A stretch of 64,000 nucleotides of DNA. Source: Eledone cirrhosa (taxonomy: Eukaryota). The stretch covers positions 93,124,001-93,188,000 of the forward strand of contig OZ024741.1 of assembly GCA_964016885.1 (NCBI GenBank). The letters are read 5' to 3'. Position numbers and translations under genes: made by a program. Each line of letters begins with the position of its first letter. Position 1 is the stretch's first letter. The notes beneath the pieces were generated by a model that was not told where the DNA came from, did no database searches, and was given only the letters and a program-made list of their open reading frames with translations. Of this stretch, positions 52,990-64,000 are shown piece by piece.

Positions 52990-53576
52990 AACCTACATGA
53001 TACGCTGCACAGATTCTTATATTTCATGAAAAACTTCAATGCGTTACAAAAGATTCCACCCTACATACATTTACATACATATATACATATATATAGACAT
53101 AAAATATATAAGATATACATTAACATCTAAAATAACATTCCAGGCTCACTTGCATGATCATCGATCAAGCATAGAGTAGACAACAGATATCAATATTAAA
53201 ATTAAAAACGCCAAGGATATCTTCATCACTCCACAGAGTATCTAGGGACGCAAGAGAACATAGTATGCCACGCATATCGGTCACATAGAATCAGAATCAA
53301 AAGCAAAGAAAACCAAAATTGTTCACCAAGCCTTATTTAGCAGAAATCATTCAAAACTTATTCTACAAATGCTCTTATATTTATTATAGAAGTTTATCCA
53401 GCTTAAAAATTTATTCAAAAGATTGGCAACAACGCCAATTTTAGGGTAGTTTATTTAATCTCATTAATTATATATTCATGCAGAAAGGTTTTTAAAAAAA
53501 ATTGAAGGAATCGAAAGATTTATCGCCAAGTTTCATAAATAGTCAAATACCTTAAGTAAATATACTACATTTTATA

Positions 53577-54960
53577 CTACATTTTAAATTTATATTTAAA
53601 TGTTGAGTTCAATCTATGTCTGCAACAGCTGAATAAATTGGTTCGTAAATTAAGGGAATTTTTAGATTTTAGTATAAAGAATATCTCCTCCGCGCAGAGG
53701 TCACATGTCTCAGAAGAGGAATTAAAAGGAATCCCTTTTGAGACTATATTCCAAACCATCGAATATCCAACTTTATCATGTTTAAGTTGCCAGAGTAACC
53801 CTGACAGCGATGTTGAGGATTTTTTATTTGGATCCGTGAAAGAATTTTTGTGATTATTATAGCGAAGTTTAAATTCTGTCGAGGTGGAACCAACATAATT
53901 AAAAGAATTTAAATCAGTTCTAACATTACAGTTGTATATTATATTTTTAACTAAGCAATTGTTATTTAGCGGACATTTAGATCTATCTCTACAGTTACAG
54001 TTTTTTAGTTGAATATTGTTTAGGCTATTTTCGGTATTTTGGCTAGGTTTTAGATTCCTATTATTTATTCTATTAATATTTTGTGCTAAATTTTTGGTGG
54101 ACGAGTACGTTAATTTTATAGTATGTCTATTAAAAATTGAGTGATACTTATGTGTTCTAGGGAAGCGTTTGTCAAGAGCATTAAAAGATAGTTTAGCGAT
54201 GTGGGTTTTAATGTTTAGTGAGAAAGGGGGAGGCAAACCATATTATATTTCTAGTTCTATTTCTTTTCTGGTTTTTGAAATTATTGTAGTGCTTTCTATT
54301 ATAGTTGTTAAAGTTGTTACTGTAATTAAAATTGTTGTTATTTTGGTTAGTTTGTCTATTATCGATGTACATAATTTTATCACTATATCCTGCTCTAGCT
54401 AAAGCTTCATTATAATACTGGGCTTTTTCGTCAAAAATATTTTTATTGGAAGAGATTCTAGAGATACGTTTTTGAACAGAGTTCACTATAGTATTTTTGA
54501 CAGATCTGGGGTGATTGGAGCTAAAATTGACATAATTCAAGTTTTCATTTAACTTGTGAAATGGATAGTGAAGACATGTGTTGAGATTAAATGTTACGTC
54601 TAGGAAATTGACTATTCTATGGTTATTCTCAATTTCTATTTTTAGATTAAGGTAATTAAAAAATTGTATAATTTGTTTTCTTTTCTTATTTAGTTCAGAG
54701 TTATTATTTTCAATAAGTAAAAGCATGTCATCTCTATATAAACCTCCGGTAACACCGGGTATTTTCCTATGCAGCAAATTAATTATAAATAAGCCCACAA
54801 GGTCCGTTACCTAAGCTGAGTCTGATGATCCCATAGTAATGTCAAAATTATTATCTCTATCTGCCCTAGTCCATAGTTGGTTATTAAATTCTATCAAAGT
54901 TTTCCTTGCCGATAATATAATGTGCATTTCATTGCTAGTTAGGTCTGTATGCTTGAATGC
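53577..54960 (-). pseudogene. PLE RT-GIY-YIG fragments
   Basis: [38 protein letters not shown]. Confidence 0.88.
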
Positions 54961-55013
54961 GTAATAAATATATATATATATATAAATATATATATAAATA
55001 TATATATATATAA

Positions 55014-55071
<58 letters not shown>

Positions 55072-55400
55072 CCGCATCTAAGTGTACGAGTGTCCAGGCG
55101 TTTTTATGCGCGCAACTTTATTTTCTTATTTTTACGAAGTAACCATTTCCGTCTGTATAATACAGACATATAGATACATTTGCCCTAAATTTTTATAATT
55201 ACGCACACTTTCTAACCATACATTTACACGTGCACATATACATATATGCACATCTATGAGCGTATATACATACACATACACACACCTAACTATTTTTCTT
55301 GATAGATTTTTATATATTTCAATTTCTATTTCATTTATCTATATATTTTTTTTGATTTTCTTGATGTGTTTTTCTAAGTATTTGCCCATGTTTTATATTG

Positions 55401-55470
55401 CCTCGTCTGACGAACGAATGAAGTCGTTTATTTCGTATTCGCCTCATTCGGGTAACCTCTGGTAATGAGG
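55401..55470 (+). ncRNA. Hammerhead ribozyme, core-mutated copy (GAAA>GTAA)
   Basis: Identical to 58999-59068 except T55453. Confidence 0.75.
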
Positions 55471-55692
55471 TAATTATATTGTATTGATTTTATACATTAA
55501 ATTTTGCTCTGATATTTACATAGAGCACTCTTCATTTCTATGACCTTTTCTGTTTCCAACTTAAATTTCAATACTTATAAAGCTCCCAAGGGAATGATCG
55601 TAGCATATTCTACATCGTTATGAGATTGGCACCTTCCAGCCCTTTTTAAGTCGAGCACTCTTCAGTCATAGGATTTTAAACCAAAACCGAAT

Positions 55693-57810
55693 ATGGAAAA
55701 ATACCCTTTGGACTACTCTGTAAAGAATATCCCAACACCTTCTAACACTCTCTACACGAAAATACTGATAGACAAAGTAGAGAAGGTTGTTAAAAGAATG
55801 AGATGGAAAGCTTTGATTCTCGATGGTCAATTTAACAGGGATTCTACGGAATATTTTGACATCAAAACTCACAAATACCCGCAAAGAGTAAAAGATATGA
55901 CCGCCTTTGAATTAGATCTAGTTAACCTTATCAACAACATCAATTTTCGTAAGTACTCTAACCCCTTTCAATCCAAATTATCTAATGATATTTCTACTTT
56001 CAAATCTTCTAATAATAAGTTCATCTTCTCAGATAAAACTAAAAACCTATATGAAGTTAATAATAATTTACACGACCAACTATTAATAGATAATATCACC
56101 TCTAAATACCAAATAGCTAATTTAAATACGTACCATAATATAAATAAGGAAGCTAAAGAATTAGCTTTTTCTTTAAAAATAGATAATAGGACAGAAAAAC
56201 TTGCTAAACGTTCTGCGTATATCACCCTTAAAGATCATAAACCCGACTTTATTAATCGCCCTAGTTGTAGATTAATCAACCCTGCTAAGACTGATATTGG
56301 TCTTGCCAGTAAAAAAATTTTAAATAAATTAAATACACACATTAGAAGTAAGTCTAAATTACTCCAATGGATAAATAGCTCTTCCGTAGTACATTGGTTT
56401 AATAATATTAAAAACAAAATCAGTTCTAGATTCACCCAATTCGATATCGTAGATTTCTACCCATCTATTACTCAGACCCTTTTAGTGAAAGCTTTAAATT
56501 TCGCTAGAGGGTTCACTAATATCTCCGATATTGAAGAGGATGTAATCTTGCATGCTAGGAACACTCTACTTTTTAATGATAATGACACTTGGGTAAAAAT
56601 ATCTAACCCAGAGAACCCATTCGATGTCTCAATGGGCTCTTATGACAGTGCCGAGCTTTGTGATCTGGTCGGCCTATTCCTCTTACATACACTTAAAGAA
56701 AAATTTCCTAACCATATTTTTGGGCTTTATCGCGATGATGGTCTAATACTTTCCCATACCACCATAGGCCATAACTTAGATAGATTAAGGAAAGACTTAA
56801 TAAAAACCTTTGCTAGTTTTAATCTTAAAATTACTATTGATACTAACCTTTCCAACGTAGATTTCCTAGATATAAACTTAGATTTGCCTACTGCTTCTTA
56901 TAAACCATACCATAAACCTAATGAAAACTTAAATAAAGGATCTTGCCATCCACCTATAGTTTTTAAAAACCTTATCCCTAATATTAGCCGTAGGATCTCC
57001 ACCCTCTCTTCACCAGAAGCTATTTTCAATAAGGCATCCCCCTCCTATAATAAAGCCCTCCAAAATAGCGGCTTTAGCGAACCGATTAAATACATACCTA
57101 ACTACACTAACTCTATTAAACATAAAAATAGGAAAAGAAAAATAATCTGGTTCACACCCCCCTACTCTCTAGCAGTTAAAACTAATGTAGGCAAAAAATT
57201 CCTAGAACTCCTAGATAAACATTTCCCTAGAACACATAGATACTATAAGATCTTTAACAGAAACTGTGTTAAAATTAGCTATTCCTGCGGTCCCCCTATT
57301 AAGTCCTATATCCTCAACAAAACATCACCTAGAGAAAATCAAACTTGCTCCTGTAGAATCAAAAGTGAATGCCCATTACAAGATAAATGCAACACCAAAG
57401 CCATTGTATATGCGGCTAATGTGACAACTATCAGCAACAACCATCCAGTCACCAGTGAACGATATGTGGGTATGACGCAAGACAAATTCAAAACGCGTTA
57501 TTACTCCTTTCGACATCCAGAAAAAAGATTTACAACAGCTCTGGCTAGCAGAATCTGGGATTTGAAAGACCAAGGCATCCAATATAAACTAGATTGGTTA
57601 ATTTTGAACCAATCTAAAAAATATGCTAGAGGAACAAGAAAATGCACGCTCTGCATAAATGAAAAATTTTGGATATTGCAAAATCTCAAATCACCAAAGA
57701 CCTGCCTGAACACAAAGACGGAAATTTTTACCAGTTGCCCACACATGAAATCACACCTGCTTTCCAGCTCATATAAACTTAACACACTTTCAGACACTTA
57801 TCCTCCATAA
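55693..57810 (+). CDS. PLE reverse transcriptase-GIY-YIG endonuclease
   Basis: Uninterrupted ORF: SVKNIP, RMRWKA, SDKT, QFDIVDFY, MGSYDSAE, LYRDDG, CSCRIKSECPLQDKC, IVY..YVGMT; small in-frame deletions suspected. Confidence 0.9.
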   Translation: MEKYPLDYSVKNIPTPSNTLYTKILIDKVEKVVKRMRWKALILDGQFNRDSTEYFDIKTHKYPQRVKDMTAFELDLVNLINNINFRKYSNPFQSKLSNDISTFKSSNNKFIFSDKTKNLYEVNNNLHDQLLIDNITSKYQIANLNTYHNINKEAKELAFSLKIDNRTEKLAKRSAYITLKDHKPDFINRPSCRLINPAKTDIGLASKKILNKLNTHIRSKSKLLQWINSSSVVHWFNNIKNKISSRFTQFDIVDFYPSITQTLLVKALNFARGFTNISDIEEDVILHARNTLLFNDNDTWVKISNPENPFDVSMGSYDSAELCDLVGLFLLHTLKEKFPNHIFGLYRDDGLILSHTTIGHNLDRLRKDLIKTFASFNLKITIDTNLSNVDFLDINLDLPTASYKPYHKPNENLNKGSCHPPIVFKNLIPNISRRISTLSSPEAIFNKASPSYNKALQNSGFSEPIKYIPNYTNSIKHKNRKRKIIWFTPPYSLAVKTNVGKKFLELLDKHFPRTHRYYKIFNRNCVKISYSCGPPIKSYILNKTSPRENQTCSCRIKSECPLQDKCNTKAIVYAANVTTISNNHPVTSERYVGMTQDKFKTRYYSFRHPEKRFTTALASRIWDLKDQGIQYKLDWLILNQSKKYARGTRKCTLCINEKFWILQNLKSPKTCLNTKTEIFTSCPHMKSHLLSSSYKLNTLSDTYPP

Positions 57811-58998
57811 ACTCTGATTATTCTCTTTTTAATTACCCTTTCTGACTTACTTTCATTCTTATCCTTGTCAATACTTTTATTTATTTTTTTATTTATTTTT
57901 ACTTGACCCCCCCCCCCCCCCCCCTTTATTCTCCGATCCACTTTCTATTTTCTATTTTTTACTTCCCCTTCTTTTACTTCCCTTTTTCCTCTACTAACTG
58001 ATTATACTTGTCTTTTGTGTTTTTCAATCCAGATATATTTTTCATTTTTATTTTTATTTTATTTTTGCGCAGCCTATCCTACAATTTTATATTTGTATTT
58101 ATTTATCCACATTTCAATATGGCTGAACGCCTTAATGTGTGTATACTTTTTTTATATATGTACATGAGTGACTACGTATGTGCGCGCGCGTGCGTGCATG
58201 TATGTGTATATATATATATATGTACGTGTATGTATGCGTGTGTGTACTGGTGTTTGTGTGTATATTATGCGTATGTGTAAGTGTCTTTATATCCGTGTTT
58301 TTGACATTTCGGTTTTATATTTTTTTGTTTCTTTTTTCTCCCCCCCCCTCCCTCTTTTGTTACTTACCCAGTTTCATACATGGGCATGCAAACAGGTTTA
58401 TATGCGCGAGTATAAGTATGTGTGTGTGTGTGTATGTACGTATCGAACGTATGGAAGTGTAAGTGCGCGTGTGTATATAAGCATAATTATTTTTACATTT
58501 CTTTTGTGAGACACGCGTGTCTGTGTATGTATGTACCCCCGCTTTTTTTGTTTTCTTTAATTTTTTCTTTCTATCTTGTCTTTCTAATTTATCGTTACTA
58601 TATTTTTATAAATATATCGTAATAGATACTTTTCTTTTATTTATTATACTCTCTTTATCTCCTTTCTTTCCGCATCTAAGTGTACGAGTGTCCAGGCGTT
58701 TTTATGCGCGCGACTTTATTTTCTTATTTTTACGAAGTAACCATTTCCGTCTGTATAATACAGACATATAGATACATTTGCCCTAAATTTTTATAATTAC
58801 ACACACTTTCTAACCATACATTTACACGTGCACATATACATATATGCACATCTATGAGCGTATATACATACACATACACACACCTAACTATTTTTCTTGA
58901 TAGATTTTTATATATTTCAATTTCTATTTCATTTATCTATATATTTTTTTTGATTTTCTTGATGTGTTTTTCTAAGTATTTGCCCATGTTTTATATTG

Positions 58999-59068
58999 CC
59001 TCGTCTGACGAACGAATGAAGTCGTTTATTTCGTATTCGCCTCATTCGGGAAACCTCTGGTAATGAGG
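58999..59068 (+). ncRNA. Type I hammerhead ribozyme
   Basis: CCTCGT-CTGACGA-aCGAATGA...TCATTCGg-GAAACC(tct)GGT-A-ATGAGG. Confidence 0.87.
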
Positions 59069-59176
59069 TAATTATATTGTATTGATTTTATACATTAAAT
59101 TTTGCTCTGATATTTACATAGAGCACTCTTCATTTCTATGACCTTTTCTGTTTCCAACTGAAATTTCAATACTTAT

Positions 59177-62031
<2,855 letters not shown>

Positions 62032-64000
62032 ACTGGAATTTCAGAAAGAATGCTGGACCAGAATTACATATAGTAATCTATTCGACATTACTATGGGCTC
62101 TAGTGATTCTGCCCAAATTACCGATCTTGTGGGCCTCTTTCTTCTATTTAACATAAATGCTTCTTTTCCCCACCTTAAAGGTGGTTTATATCGTGATGAC
62201 TGTCTTCTTTCCACTAACCTTAGCCTATCAGAAATTGAAAAAAATAAAAAACTTATTAGAACTTTCCTCAAAGACTATTATAGTCTCGATACATTTGAAA
62301 ACACAGGTAAAGTAGTTAATTTCCTTGATATAACTTTAGACTTATCTACGGGTATCTACCAACCTTACCATAAACCTAACCAAAACTTACATTACATACA
62401 CTCACAATCTAATCACCCTAAATCTATCCTTAAAAACCTAACATATAATATCTCACTCAGAATTTCTAACCTTTCATCTAACCAGGATGTATTCAATAAA
62501 AATGCGACCTTTTGTAACAAAGCTTTAGCTAGAAGCGGCCACAAAAACAAATTAGTATATATACCTTGTACCAATAACACTACAAACATACAACCCAATA
62601 TTACCAACAAACACCAAATGAAATATACACACCTAAATGCCACTCACATTATACCCCAAAATACCAACTTAAAACTTAATTTCTCTAACTCTTCTAATAT
62701 ACAATATAATAACTTTCAAAAAACCATTCATCCTAATATTCCAATATATGTTAATAACAAAATTCCTAATAATCAGGCTAAAACACCTAAATCAATGAAT
62801 CTAACTAAAAATATGTGTGATAAAATCATTAACAATAATTCTCTTAATAAACATCAGGATACATCGTATAAAAATAATAAACAATATCGAAACCGTAATA
62901 GACGAGTTACTTGGCATAATGCTCCATATACCTAAAAAAATTTTTTACTATCCTAGAGAAAAACTTCCCGCCAAACCATAAATACCATCAAATTTTAAAT
63001 AGATCAACGGTCAAATTCTCCTACTCAACAACCAAATATATACAACAAAATATAAGTGCCTATAATGCATATAAATGTAAAAAAACCCATAAATATACCA
63101 CCAATACATCAAACTAACCATAATACTAAAATAAACCACAGCAAACCACCATCTCATTCACATACAACAAGTCGAGAAAATTCCACACCTAATTTGACTA
63201 TCTCCTCTGATACAACATTCACGAAAGGTTGTAACTGTAGAAACAAAGCCAATTGCCCATTAAAAGGAAATTGCCTTATTAATAACATAGTATATAAATG
63301 TAAAATTAACACTAAGGACTCAACTTATTCATATATAGGAGCTACTTCTAACCAATTTAAAGTAACATTTAATACTCACAAACACAGTTTTAAAAATGCC
63401 GCATTAGCTAATACAACATCTTTAGCTGAAATAATTAATAATTATAGAAAGAGGAATATAGATTATAACCTGACCTGGAGTGTGCTCAAAAGGGCCACCC
63501 CTTATTAAAATAATAGATATGAATGTAGATTATGTTCCCAGGAACTATTTTTTTTTTTTTTAAATTAGTTAGCCTATAATTAATATTCTACTACTAATGA
63601 ACTGCATAATTTTATTTCCCTTTTACAGCTACCTTTTCCTAAAATTTATACCAATAAGTATACATATAAACTATTTTAATTTCAGGTTTTGAATCTATAT
63701 TCCTTATAATCTATATAAATTTGTTATTTCTCACTAATACATTCCCCCCCCCCCCCAATTATCATTATTGTTTTTTTATTTTCCCTTCGTTTTTAACAAC
63801 ATTCTTCAATTACATCTAACTCTTATTTATCATATCTATATGAATTAATATAAATTTATCAATATAAATATACCTATCAATTTAATTAATTTATTTTCTT
63901 TTTATAGATGTAAATTCCTTATGTTTTAAATAAGATTGATATTTTTCACTAACACATTTATTGTAAAATTTTATTCTCCTTAGATTTTTACATTAGCATT
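62032..64000 (+). mobile_element. 5'-truncated degenerate PLE (same family as 8728-12880), running off the window
   Basis: ORFs 62093..62935 and 63056..63508 closely resemble 8681..9685 and 9624..10148. Confidence 0.88.

Larger units (their letters stand above)
46402..54962 (-). mobile_element. 5'-truncated PLE whose 3' region is interrupted by the Gypsy element
   Basis: RT/GIY-YIG fragments 53577-54960; 3' region resumes left of 47247; hammerhead at 46536-46595; TA tracts at both ends. Confidence 0.78.

Overview
Eukaryotic, AT-rich, gene-free region built almost entirely of nested transposable elements within long, degenerate (TA)n arrays. The repeat repertoire suggests a cephalopod (octopus-like) genome, which is inference only. 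It holds seven Penelope-like retroelements (PLEs) with RT, a CxC-x5-C-x5-C linker and a C-terminal GIY-YIG nuclease (probably Hydra clade), plus a Penelope/Poseidon-type remnant, two RTE LINEs and a fragment, a CR1-group LINE, an intact-looking Gypsy LTR element, a piggyBac, a Helitron and a Chapaev3-type fragment. The layer the ORF track misses is RNA. Almost every PLE 3' end carries a type I hammerhead ribozyme (nine full motifs plus one truncated copy), including a U3-A8 compensated core and very long stem II variants. There is also an ORF-less ~465-nt ribozyme-bearing element with PLE-style tandem/inverted architecture (retrozyme-like), and a 5' inversion whose breakpoints map onto ribozyme stem II and which recurs 14 kb away. 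All structures were folded by eye and need computational and biochemical confirmation.
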